A DNA stretch of 64,000 bases from Cyanophora paradoxa CCMP329 (taxonomy: Eukaryota; Plantae; Glaucophyta), in the NCBI GenBank assembly GCA_004431415.1, contig QPMI01000420.1, forward strand, positions 124,001 to 188,000. The letters run 5' to 3'. Both the position numbers and the translations under genes were made by a program. Below the pieces are notes generated by a model. That model saw nothing but the letters and a program-made list of their open reading frames with translations. It did not search any database and had not been told where the DNA came from. How positions within the stretch are numbered: position 1 is the stretch's first letter; each line of letters begins with the position of its first letter. This document shows, in pieces, positions 1 through 10,958 of the stretch.

Positions 1-3000
1 GAGCGCCGCGGCGAAGGCGGCGGCGTCACCGGCCGCCGCCGCGTCGCGCAGCGAGGACCAGCCTTGCCCGGCCTCGCGCCGGCCGGCCTCGGAGAGGACG
101 GCGGGCGAGACCGAGGTGAGGAGGTACAGGGCGCGCTGGAGCAGCGCGGGCAGGCCGTCGGCCGCCGCCAGGCCCTTCTGCCACGTCGCGATCTCGCTGC
201 GGCCCTTGTCCAGCACAGAGGGGCCCTCCCCCGGGAACGCTGCCGGGCCCGCGCACAGCCGGTCGCCTGCGGCGGCGTCAGCGGAGCCGCGATCGGGGAG
301 GGGGGCGGGGTACACGCACAGAACTCGGCGAGCGCGATGCGGAGGTTCGCGTGCGAGCGGACGCGCAGCTGCTGGGCGGCCGCCTCCAGCGCGGGGGGGA
401 CGTCGCCCTCCAGCGGGCACAGGTCCGTCTCCATCGCCCAGGACCTGCGCGGGGGCAGGCTCAGCCGGGGACGGACCGGGACCGGGAGAGGCGCGGGGCG
501 GGGCGGGGCGGGGCGCACGGCTGGTCGGAGCCGGCCTCGAGGACGGGGAGGCACTCCGGGGGCCGCTCGGCGAGGGCCGAGGGCGGGAGGTCGCGGTCGT
601 GGAGGACGAGAGCCGGGGAGCAGCCGTTGGGGCGGACGACGGAGACGAGCTGGCCCGGCTGGAGGCCCTGCAGCGAGGCCGCCGCGTCCTCCGCGAGGAG
701 CGAGAGCACCCAGCTGGCCGAGGGCTCCTGCGCCTCCGGCCCCGGCGCGAGCGCGAGGTCGGGCGGGCCGAGGTCGGCGAGGGCCGAGGCGAGCGGGGCG
801 GGGCCGGCCGGCGTGCACGCCGCGCTGCTGTGCAGGCTGCTGGCCCCGACGTCGACGGGTGCGGGCGGGCGTGCCCGGCCCGGGCGCCGCGAGGACGAGC
901 CGGAGGCGCCGCGGCGGCGGCCGGCGTCGGCACCGGTGAGGGGAGGGCGGTGATGGGCGGGAGGGGCGCGCCGGCGGCGGCGACGGGCCGGCGAGGGACG
1001 GGGGCGGTGGACGAGGGAGGAGAGCCATGCGTCGGCGCGCTCGGCGACGGAGACGAGGACGGCGGCGGCGCGGCTGCCGTCGTCGGCGTCGGGCGCCGTG
1101 CGGGGCGCGCCAGCGGCAGCGCGCGGAGGCCGGCGGGGTCGCGGAAGCCGATGCCGGCGCCGGCGGGGCCGACGAGGCGGGTGAGCCAGCCCTCGGCGTA
1201 GTAGTCCGAGAGGGGGAAGGCAAGGGCGCCCCCGAGGACGCCCAGGCTCGCGGCGACGGGCCCGACCATCACGATGCCGAGCCGCTCCCGCGCCCGCGCC
1301 GCCTCCTCCGCCGTCTCGTACACGCGCCCGCAGCCGACGGCGATCCGCACGGACCCGAACTGCAGCGCCGCGCGGAAGCCGCCGCCGCCGACGCGGCGGA
1401 CGCCGTTGTAGCCCGTGCCCGACGAGGAGGAGTGGCCGCGGGCGGAGAGGGGGACGGCGATGGGCTCGGGCGGGTGCGGCAGGGCCCCGGGATGGCCCGA
1501 GGAGGGCCCCGGGGCGGGGGCCTCGGAGGAGGAGGCGGCAGAGGCCTCGCCGCCGGCGGGCGGGGATGCCCCGCGGGCCTCGATGGCCGCCGTGGGGGAG
1601 GCCCCTGCCGAGCTGGCGCGCGACCGGGGCCGGGGGCCGCGAAGGCCGCCGGGCCGGCCGCCGCGCTGGCGCTGCCGTCGCTGTGCCGCCGGGCGGGGGC
1701 GCCGTGCCGGCCGCCGGCGCTCGGGCGCTTCGGGCGCTCGCCGGGGGCCGCCGGGGCCGCCGGGGCCGACGCCGCGCCCGGCAGCGCCTGCTGCTGGAGC
1801 TGCTGCGGCGGAGGCGGAGGGGCATGGCCAGAGACGGGTCCTCGTCTGCCTGCCGCGGCCGCTTCTTGTGCCGCTGCGGCCGCTCGCCCGCCGCCACCGT
1901 CGCCGCCGCCGCCGCCGCCACTGCCGCCGCCGCCGCCGCCGTCACTGCCGGGCCGGCCGCCACGAGAGCCGGATCCAGCTTCGAGCGGCGAGCCCGCTTG
2001 ACCTTCTTCGACGGGCTGGGGCCGAGGTGCCGCACGGGAGCCGCCGCCGTAGAGGCCGCCGCCCCGCCCGGAGCCCCCGGCGCCGCCGTCGCCGCCGCCG
2101 CCGCGCCATCCGCCGGGGCCGGCGCGACGCCGGCCTGTCCGTCCGCTGGCGCCGCCGCCGCCGCCGCGGGCGCGGGCGCGGGCCGCTTCTTGCGGTGCGA
2201 GCGCGCGTCGCCCCCGCCCGCAGCCTTGCCGAAACGACTCCTCTCGACGATCCGCGCCGCGCTCTGCCGCGCCGACGGGCGCCGCTTCTTCGGATCGGGC
2301 GCCCCCGACGCTGCAGCGGGCGCAGCGGGCGCCGCCGCCGCCGCCGCCGCCGCGCCGGAGGACGAGGCGGCCTGTGCGGGGTCCGCCGCCGGCTGCGAGC
2401 CGGAGGCCGCCGGGGCCTGCGCCGCGCTCTGCCCTGCGGCCGCCGCCGCCTCGGCCTCCGCGGGGGGCACCTTGCGCTTGTGGCTCCGGCGCGTGTCCTT
2501 CTTGCGGGGCGCCGGCTCCTTCTTCGCCTCGTCCTTCTTCTTGGCGTCCTTCTTCGGCTTGGCGGCGGAGGAAGCTTCTTCCTTCTTCTTCTTGCTGGCG
2601 CTGCCGCCGCCCGCCTTTCTCTCCGCGCTCCTCCGGCCGCTGCTGCTGCGGCCGCCGCCGTCCTTGCGCCTCGTCTCGCGCCTCCCCTCCCGCTTCACCA
2701 CCACCTCCTGCTTCCGCTTCTTGCTGCTGCTGGTGCTCCGCTTGCCCTTGCCTTTCTCCTCCTCCTCCTCATCCTCGTCCTCCTCCTCTTCCTCCTCCTC
2801 GTCTTCTTCCTCTGAGGACGACGAGGACGACGAGGACGCGGAGGAGGATGAGCTGTCCGAGTCGCTCTCCTCGTCCTCCTCCGAGTCATCTGAGTCGCCC
2901 GCCTTCTTGTTCGTGTCGGGGTAAAACTTCAGGAGGAAGTCCCGCGCCTGTACCCCCGGGAACCAGCGCTGAGCGGACGGCCAAAGAAAGAAAGGAGAAG

Positions 3001-3639
3001 GGCGGGGAGGCACCTGCTCCATGCAGGTGCGGCGCTCGGCGAGCTGCCTGTCGGTCTCCAGGGGCCCAATCTTAAGGCCGCGCTGCTTGCCAAGGAAGCC
3101 AGAGGCCTTGCTGCTCGCCAGCGCCCTGCGGCGGCAGCGCAGTCGTCAGGCCGCCGCTGCGGGCGGCGCGGGCGGGCGAGCGATCCGCGGATGGTGGCGC
3201 ACTTCCACCAGTCCTCCTGCTCGTAGTCGCTGATGGGGAAGGAGATCCTGAGCTGCCCCGAGGAGACTGACGTCTGCGACCGGACGCCCCCTGCGCGCAT
3301 CCAAATCAGCACCGCGCGGTTATCTCCCGCCCGCCCGCGCCGCACCGAGGCAGGCGAGTAGCATGCGGTCGACGTCGCGCGCGGCCGAGACCGCGTCCTC
3401 GCGCAGGGGCAGCTTTATGTAGGCCGACTTGGTCAGGGCGAACTTGCTGCGCTCGGGCGCGAGACGGGAGCGCAAGAGTGAGGGGCGGGCGGCGCGGGCG
3501 GACGAGGGCGGCGCACCCGTAGAACCCGCAGACGTTCTGGTTCCGGTCGTGCTTCAGATAGTGGGGGTACACGTAGCGGTAGCCGGAGCGGGAGGCAATG
3601 GTCCCGCGGGCGCCGCTGGCGGGTGAGGCGACCTCGCCG

Positions 3640-3677
<38 letters not shown>

Positions 3678-5319
3678 GCCCGAGCGCGTGGGCGACATAG
3701 CCGGCCCGGCGCCGTCCCCTGCCTCGCTGACGGACTCGTCCTCCTTCTGGGCCGACTCGGTGTCCTCGCCACCGCCCTCCTCGTCCTCCTTCTCCTCGTC
3801 CTTCTCCTCGCCCTCGGCCTCGTCCTCCTTCTTGGGGCGCGCCTTCAGCCGCTCCTCCGCCGCGCACTTCGCCTGCGCGGATCGAATCTTTAGAGGGATG
3901 GATACTGAGCCGAGGCGAACGCCGGCGGACCATGTACTCAGCGGGCGGCATTGACAGCGCCGCCACCTCGGACTCGGACGGCGTGCCGCGCAGGAGCCGG
4001 TGCATCTGGAAGAACGCGCGGACGCGCTCCAGGACCGCGTTCAGAGCCGTGACGCGGGTCCCCTGCGCGCCGCGGTCAGCGGGCGCCGCGCGTTGCCGGT
4101 CGGGACGCGGCGCACCGCGCCCTTGAGGCGCGGGTCGAATATGCCGACATAGCCGTGGGCAGGCAGGTTTCCCGACCACTTCGGGACCTCTTCCGCGTCC
4201 TCCTCGGTCGCGTCGCCGGCCGCCGCCTCCTTCTCGTCCGGCTCAACCTTCACCTCACCCTTCGCCTCCGCGTCTTCCGCGCGCGGCTCACTCGCGCTGG
4301 ACTCGGGAGCTTCCGACACTACTGCTGCTCCTTTCTCCTCCTTCGCCGAGGCGTCCACCTGCTCCGGCGCGGCGCCCTCGGGCTGAACGCTCGCGGTGCT
4401 CGCCTCCGGGGCTGCCGGCTGTTCAGCGGCATCGCTGGAAGCTGCGTTTTCGCTGCTAGCCTCCGGAGCTGCTGCTGCTGCTACGCTCTCGGTGCCCTCG
4501 GTGGTTGCGGGTTGGTCGCTGGGGACCGATTCGGCGGGCTGCGACTCATTCGCCCCCTTCGACTCCCGAGCGGAGGCGGCGACGGGAGGAGGAGAGGGAG
4601 TAACGACGGAGGACGAGGAAGAGCAAAGAGAAGGGAGAGAAGGCGACGCGGTCGGGCAAGTTGATGACCGGAACATCATCTGAAACCAGGCTTCCTCCTG
4701 ATAGTCTGCGGCACGGAATCTAGATTTAGAAACGCACGGAAGGGCTCAGAAAACCCGGAGAGCGAGCGCACTGTCGACGGGAAAGTTGGTTCGGGCTTGC
4801 ATGGTGCCGCGCATCGCAATACAGAACCGGTCATACGCCTTCGTCGCCTTAACGATATCCTATCACGATTGAAAGAAAACGCGGCGGTCAGAGAGGCTCG
4901 GTCGGACACAGGGCTCGGAATCGGCCCACAGGGAGCGAGAGCGGCACTAGTGTCGTCTCGCCCGGGAGCTCGCACGCGAGAAATTCACGCACTCTGTGTT
5001 TGCAGAGTTCTATCCTGCTGTTCTTCTGGCTGAAGCGGGCTCGCCAGTGGCCATTGTAGATGGAGACGCCGATAACCTCGCCGTGGTCGTGCACTCCGTT
5101 AGGCTTCGGGGCTCCTTTGTTCTTCCGGTTTTCTTCTTCGAGAGATCGGGCTCGAGCGTCCCGCGACCGCCGCGAACGAGGGGGCTGACCGAATCGTCGA
5201 TCATGGCTCCGCAAATTGCATGGGTCGCGGTTGGCACGTACCGACGAACTTGTTGAGTTGGATGCCGGTACGCCCGAGGAGCGTCGCGTGCGAACGCCTG
5301 CCTGAGCACCCTCGGTCAT
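1..5319 (-). CDS. Multi-exon AP2/ERF-domain DNA-binding protein with 3 clear and 1 degenerate AP2 repeats; 3' end lies outside the window
   Basis: Spliced translation gives VIGVSIYNGHWRARFSQKNSRIELCKHR|DIVKATKAYDRFCIAMRGTMQARTNFPVD (5076-4772; intron 4991-4860), YRYVYPHY...AARDVDRMLLACL...ISFPISDY (~3585-3225) and GYNGVRRVGGGGFRAALQFG...YETAEEAARARERLG...LAFPLSDYY (~1412-1198). These match the AP2 pattern YRGV..W.A....LG.F.TAEEAARAYD.AA...RG..A..NFP. Linkers are acidic and Lys/Arg-rich. The ATG at 5319 is a best guess. Confidence 0.85.
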
Positions 5320-5574
5320 CGCTTCGACCCGTCACCACCGTCGATCAGTAGGAGCAGCCAGAGCCCTCGGCGCGGCTGAAATACAGCTGAGGAGACTCCG
5401 GCGAGGCTGAGCGAGGGCGCGGAAGGCCCCGAGCTGCTGCTCAGACTGCTCTTCGCCGAACGCGGCAAGCCCTTTTTTTGCGGAGGGGTACTGAGGCTCC
5501 GGCAGGACGCGTCGCCGAGTCGTCTTCGCGCTGGCGGCTTGCCCAGTCCTGTGACGCTGGGAGCACTTTCTGCG

Positions 5575-7506
5575 ATGGCTACGGCTCTAGCTCCGTCAGT
5601 CTACGCTGTCCCAGGCGATGTCGTCTTCCGAGGAGCCTTCGCCACCAAGCGCTTCCTGATCCGCGGCGGCGACTTCCCCGGCGTCGTGCGCCTCTTCCTG
5701 GTGCGCGTGCGCCTCTGGGAGAGCGCCGGGTCGCCGGCAGACGCCACAGCTAAGTTGTCGCTCAATGACCGGCTCCGCAAACCGGCTGGCGCGCGCGGGT
5801 CCGCAGAGTGTGAAGCTAACGTTTCTGTACAGCATGGACCGCTCCTGTGCGATGACTTCAAGTTGATCGGCCCGGATGGCCAGCTGATTGTGCGCGAGCC
5901 GCGGCGTAGCGCCCGCGCCGCCGCAGCTGCTCACCGCCTACAGGGTCCCGGAGGCTGCCAGTTTGAGCTCGCGGCGGGCGGCACGCTCGCCTTCAAAGTG
6001 GAGTACGAGCCGAACGAGCGGCAGCTGCACTCGCAGGGCGCGCCCCGCCCCGCCCCGCCCCGCCCCGCCTACCGCGCTCCCCCGAGGCGCCTTGCAGACC
6101 TGCTGGGGGCGGCGTGGCTCGGCGGCACGCTGCGGGTCCGCCTGATCTCGATGCCGGGCGCCGGCGACGGGTCGGACCCCGACCCCTTCCTCCCCACCCT
6201 CGCCGAGCTCCGGGAGGCGCGGGCACCCCCGTACCCCCCCGCTCGCTCCTCCCCCCCGACCGAGGCCGCCGCAGGCCTCCGACGCGTGCCTCGCCGGCGC
6301 CCGCGCCGCGCTGGCGCCCGCCAAGCCGCCCTCGTCGGGCGGTGCGCGCGCCGCCCCCGCGCGCGCCCCGTCCGCGCCGCCGCCCGCTCACGGGCTCGCC
6401 GGGTGCAGGCCGCCGCTCCAGCCGCCAGGGGCCCTCCCAGAGGCGCGACGAGGACATGGACGAGGTGCGCGTACCCCCCGCCTCCCGCTTTCGTGTACCC
6501 GGGGCCCTCACGCCCCCGTTGCCAGGCCGAGTTCTATCGCTCGCACATCGCGCAGAAGAGGGCCGAGCTCGGTACCCCCTCTCCCGAGCCTCGCCCCCCT
6601 CCTCGCGCCTTCGTTCGCCCGCGCGGCCGTGACTTCGCCCCCCTTCCCCCCTCCCCCCCCCCTTTCGTTTATTCGTAGCCGGGGATGGCCGCTTCTCGCC
6701 CCGCGAGCTTGCTTTCTACCGGGAGGTCATCGCGAAGGTGCGAGTTCGATTTCGCGCGGCGTTTAATTCCTCTGAAAACGACCCCGGTACCGCCCAGGAG
6801 AAGCAGAGGCCGCCGCCCGCCCCCGCGCGGATGGAAACGTGCGCAGCCACCGCCTGCCGTACCCCCTCCCCCCGCGCGCCGCGCCGAGGGGTACGCCGCA
6901 GGCCGACGGCGCTGCTGGCGGGCGCCATCGTGGACGAGGCGCTGGGCGACGCCTCGGAGCGCGCCGCCCGCGCCGCCGGCCGCGTCGTTATGCTCGAGTG
7001 AGCGTCCGTTGCTCCGGTGCGGGCGGGGCGGGGTCCGACCGGAGGGGGGTACGCAGGGACGGCACCTTCCTGCTGGACGGCAAGCTCGTGGACAGCCGGG
7101 GTAGGGAGATTCGCGCCGATTCGGAGGGGGGGTACGGCGAGGAGGACGGGGGGTACGGCGAGGCCCAAAGGAGGCCGGGGCCGGCCAAGCGAACGAAGCC
7201 AAAGCCCGCGGCCAGGCCGGGCCCCGCGGGCGGCAGGTCCGGACCGCCCGGGGTACGTGCTCCGGATCGACCGCCAGAACCATACCCTCGCGCTGGAGAC
7301 GGCCGTTGACGCCGGTACCCCCGCAGCAGACGCGGGCGCAGGCCGAGGCGCCGGGGAGGCCCGCCCCGTCGGACGTGCGCCGGCCCCGCTCCCCCTCCTC
7401 CCCTTCCTGAGTGAGGCGACCTGGGCCCCCGCAGGGCCGGCTGGCAGGGGCGAGGACGGCGAAGGAGAGGGAGGCGATCTACCGGGACAACTGGGACAAG
7501 CTGTAG
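5575..7506 (+). CDS. Multi-exon hypothetical protein; N-terminus possibly a beta-sandwich domain
   Basis: Exon-like blocks MATALAPSVYAVPGDVVFRGAFATKRFLIRGG, FELAAGGTLAFKVEYEPNERQLHSQ, GTFLLDGKLVDS and RIDRQNHTLALETAVDAG are separated by typical short introns. Last exon GRLAGARTAKEREAIYRDNWDKL ends in TAG at 7504-7506. No family recognised. Confidence 0.55.
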
Positions 7507-7945
7507 GAGAAACAACCTGAACCGCCGTGAAGATGCAAAAACAGCAAACATGCGCGGCCGGGTGGGAACACTCGTGGAATAGCGAACGCGTTGGCGCCGA
7601 ATAGGACGTTCAACGGTTCGGATATCGATTATGGCATGCATATGTGTGGGTGGACTCTAGACCGTCAACACAGCAACTGGAGCTTAGCGCGCGGTAGCAA
7701 CTTAAAGCTTGACAAGGCCAGGACGACTTCAAGCCAAGGATCTGCTGCGTTCATCCGTTCCCCGGGGACTCCGGGACTCGGGATCGACCGTCGGACTTGA
7801 ATTCGGCAGCGAGGGGAGTGAAGTTAAAGAGCATCGGAGCAGCGACCACTCGAGACCCCGGGGGGGCCCGGCGGGGGCCCGCCTTCAAGAAGCGCCCCTT
7901 GGATCGCCCCTTGTATCGTGAAAATGATCACAGTATAATCATATA

Positions 7946-7959
7946 TATCCTGTCTATAC
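7946..7959 (+). repeat. Left target-site duplication (14 bp; 15 bp with the preceding A)
   Basis: TATCCTGTCTATAC is identical to 10869-10882. Confidence 0.9.
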
Positions 7960-9129
7960 GGAAAATTGAGCGAAGGCCCGCGAGCGAGTAAGCCGGCGCA
8001 GTGGGGCTTCCCAAACGCGGGTGCCTGCTAGCACTGCACGTGGCTGGTCCCAAAACTCGCGCGGCCGACGCTCCGTAGTCCAGCACAGCCCGAACGCGCA
8101 AAGTAGGTCAGCCGGGCGGGCACCGACAGCCGCGACGACACCGCAGACACCTAGAAGAGCAGCTGCGCCCCTAGCAGCGCCGCGACCGTCGCCGGCTCCC
8201 GCGGTAACGTGTTTGAATGGGCCGGTTCCCGCCGCCCTCCCCTGCCGCTCCGAGCGCGCCCGAGAGCCGCCACACAACATCTAGAGCCAATATGTGCTCG
8301 CTTAAGCTCCCGTCCTCGCTCCGCCCGCCTTCCCGCCAACGCATGCCCTCCGCGCATGCGCGGCCCGCCTGAGCCCACGCCCGACCCACAGCGCACGACG
8401 CACGACCCGACTCAACTCCGTACAGTCGGACACGCGGCTCCGCCAACGCACCGGACTCCGTCGTAGCAGAACCCCCCCCGCGCCCTCGCTCACGCCTTTC
8501 GCTCGCGCCCTTCCAGTATGCGCTCTGACGCCTGCCTCGCACCGCCACAGAGTACGCCGGCGCCGGCGGCGCGCGCGCAGGGCCGTCAGAGCCAGCACGA
8601 CATCCAAGCACCACGGGGGATCCTGCGGACCCTCCCCGCGCCCGTCGCTCACGCCCACCGCCCGCGCCCCTCCCCTATGAACTCTGACCGGCCCCGTACT
8701 GCCGCAGAGCACGCCGGCGCCGGCGGCCCGTGCACGGGGCCGCCCGCGCCAGCACGACACTCAAGAACCACGGGGCCGCATCCCCCCGCTCACTTGGCTC
8801 TCTGTGACACGTGCACGACGCTCGCAGGCCTCCGGCGGGACGCGGAGCAAGCGCCCCAAGACGCGGCGGTGGACAGAGCCCCGAGCCCCGCTCCCCCGCC
8901 CCGCTGCGACGCCGCCTCTGCTGGCACCGCTGGCGCCGGCATGCACGCCGCCGGCCGGCATGCAAGCCGGCGACCCCTACGCATACCCGGGCGCATGAGC
9001 AATCAAACGCTCGCCCAGCTACCACCGCGGGGTCTGAGCCAGACGGCGCTCGCTCGCGATCGCATGAATCGGGGTCTGAGCCGGACGACGCTCGCCCGAG
9101 AACGAACACAGGGCCCTCGGGCCCGGTGG

Positions 9130-9704
9130 ACGTGACCCCGGAAGCCGCCGAGGCCTTCCCGGAGGCGGTGGCCAAGCTCTGCGCGGCCTACCTCCTTACG
9201 CCTGAGGACCCCCTCTCCCACGAGGAGGCGGAGCTCCTCTCCCGCTGCACTGACACAGCGCCCCCGCACTTGTGTCCCCCGATGCGCGCCCCCTATACGG
9301 TCGGCGAAGTCGAGACATGCCTTAAAGTCATGAATAAGTCAACGGCGCCGGGCGAGGACGGCACCACCGTTAAATTCTATCTAACGTTCTGGGACATCCT
9401 CGGCCCGATAGTCACGGAGAGTTATAACTGCGCACGGGCCCTGGGCACCCTCTCCGAGCGCCAGCGCACGGGCCTGCTCCAACTGCTCTATAAGAAGGGC
9501 GACCGCGATCAGATACAGAACTGGCGCCCGATCACCCTCCTGCAAATCGACCGCCGCCTATTCGGGGCGGTCCTAGCCAAGCGCATTGCACCCGCGTGCC
9601 AGCACACGATCAGCTCAGTGCAGACGGGCTTTATGCAGGGCCGCTGCGGCTTGGACAATGTCTGGCAGATGCAAGCTGTTATCCGTCATGCGGATCGGCA
9701 AGGC
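9130..9704 (+). pseudogene. Truncated LINE reverse transcriptase (N-terminal RT subdomains only)
   Basis: PYTVGEVETCLKVMNKSTAPGEDG..VKFYLTFWDILGP...LLYKKGDRDQIQNWRPITLLQIDRRLFGAVLAKRI...ISSVQTGFMQGR is a typical L1/Tx1 RT start. Similarity stops before D.xKAFD, QG and YADD. Confidence 0.9.
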
Positions 9705-10256
9705 ATGTCGCTCTACCCCGACTCGCTGGCCCTGGCGGCCTCCGAGACCAGCGCGAAGGTCGTCACGGAGCACTGCATCCTCGCACCGCGCCTGGGCGGC
9801 CGCGCCTCGCACCGCCCAGGCCACTCCACCACGGCCCGCCGGCTCAACCGCCTCAGCGCCCTCAACGAGGGCAAGACCAACGAGGAGGCAGCCAAGATCG
9901 CGGCGGAGATCGCCGCCCAGTCCCGCAAGCGCGCGACCGAGCGCTTCGGGCCCGACGCGCGCAAGAAGAGCAAAGGCGGCGCCACCGCCCCCGCCGCCCC
10001 CCCTGCCCCCGCGCCCCACCCCGCCGCCGCCGCTGCCGCGGCAGCCGCCACCGTCGCCCCTGCGCCGATCGCCGCCCCGCGCCCGCCCGGGCCCGGCCCC
10101 GCCTCCGGCCCCGCCCCGGCCAACATCACGCTCGCCAACTACCAGGCCACCCAGAAGCTCCTCGCCGAGCTCACAGCGGCCATCGGCGGCCCCGCCGCCG
10201 TAGAGACCTACCTCGCCGGCCGCCGCGCCGCGGCGGCGGACAACGCAGCGGCGTAG
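9705..10256 (+). CDS. 183-aa ORF of unknown function inside the retroelement, in frame with the RT fragment
   Basis: MSLYPDSLALAASETSAK...NITLANYQATQKLLAELTAAIGGPAAVETYLAG. Strong GC3 codon bias, no introns, not RT-like. Confidence 0.5.
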   Translation: MSLYPDSLALAASETSAKVVTEHCILAPRLGGRASHRPGHSTTARRLNRLSALNEGKTNEEAAKIAAEIAAQSRKRATERFGPDARKKSKGGATAPAAPPAPAPHPAAAAAAAAATVAPAPIAAPRPPGPGPASGPAPANITLANYQATQKLLAELTAAIGGPAAVETYLAGRRAAAADNAAA

Positions 10257-10868
10257 ACTCTCTAGGTCCCCCCTAGAGCTGGGGCCCCCGGCCACCCCTT
10301 TCTTTCTCTCTTTCTTTTTTCCTCTCACCTGAGCGGCCTTAAGGCCTAGCTGCCCCCACGGGCGAGAATCACAGCTGTCATGTATGCTCAGTGAAGCAAT
10401 GCCAGGCGAGTGCTCACCATCCCCGATCACTCGCCCCGTACCCTCGCCCCGGCCCAGCTGGGCCCCCCGGGCCCACCTAGCCTGCGCCCACCCCTCCCCC
10501 ACGTACCCCGCCCCATCCCGGCTCCCCGGGACACCCGCCCCGCGCCCCTCACGCCCAAAAGATAGGGGGATGTGCAAACGCCCTAGGCATGTACTACCCC
10601 CCACCCCACCCCACCCCCCCCCACCGGTACCCCCCCTACCGACTACGTATCGCCAACGCGAGCCCAAGAAGGACACCCCGCCCAAGCTCTCCCCCAAGGC
10701 CACACTGAACGCTCCGAGCTAGCGTCGAAGCGCCTATCCCTGTGTACCGGCCACAGGTCATGAGCTGACCCAGAGTTCGGCCTATACCGAACCGGTAGTG
10801 CGTACGTTGAAGTCAGTGGTCTGAAAATAAAACCACCGCCCAAGAATTGGGCTATCCTGAAAAAAAAA

Positions 10869-10882
10869 TATCCTGTCTATAC
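10869..10882 (+). repeat. Right target-site duplication
   Basis: Directly follows the A9 tail; identical to 7946-7959. Confidence 0.9.
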
Positions 10883-10958
10883 TACTATGATAGTCGCACG
10901 CGGCCGCCCGCGGCCACCGTCCGACCGCCGTCCGACTGCCGGACGGTCGCGATCGGGG

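Larger units (their letters stand above)
7960..10868 (+). mobile_element. Internally deleted, non-autonomous non-LTR retrotransposon (L1/Tx1-like)
   Basis: Flanked by an exact direct repeat TATCCTGTCTATAC (7946-7959 and 10869-10882). Ends in AATAAA (10826-10831) and A9 (10860-10868). No introns seen; contains a LINE RT fragment. Confidence 0.9.

Noticed and set aside
64-2924. Long plus-strand Arg/Ala/Pro/Gly-rich ORFs here, and antisense ORFs throughout 27-43 kb
   Set aside because: Shadow ORFs from high GC content, lying opposite identifiable genes.
7850-7915. Possible hAT-like terminal sequence (reverse complement CAAGGGGCGATCCAAGGGG)
   Set aside because: No partner inverted repeat, TSD or transposase found in the window.
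9021-9105. 42-bp tandem duplication (GGGTCTGAGCC.GACG.CGCTCGC) in the retroelement
   Set aside because: Real, but an ordinary local duplication in a low-complexity part of the element.
10745-10800. Hammerhead ribozyme in the retroelement 3' UTR
   Set aside because: A three-way junction is present, but the CUGANGA and GAAA core motifs are not in the required positions.
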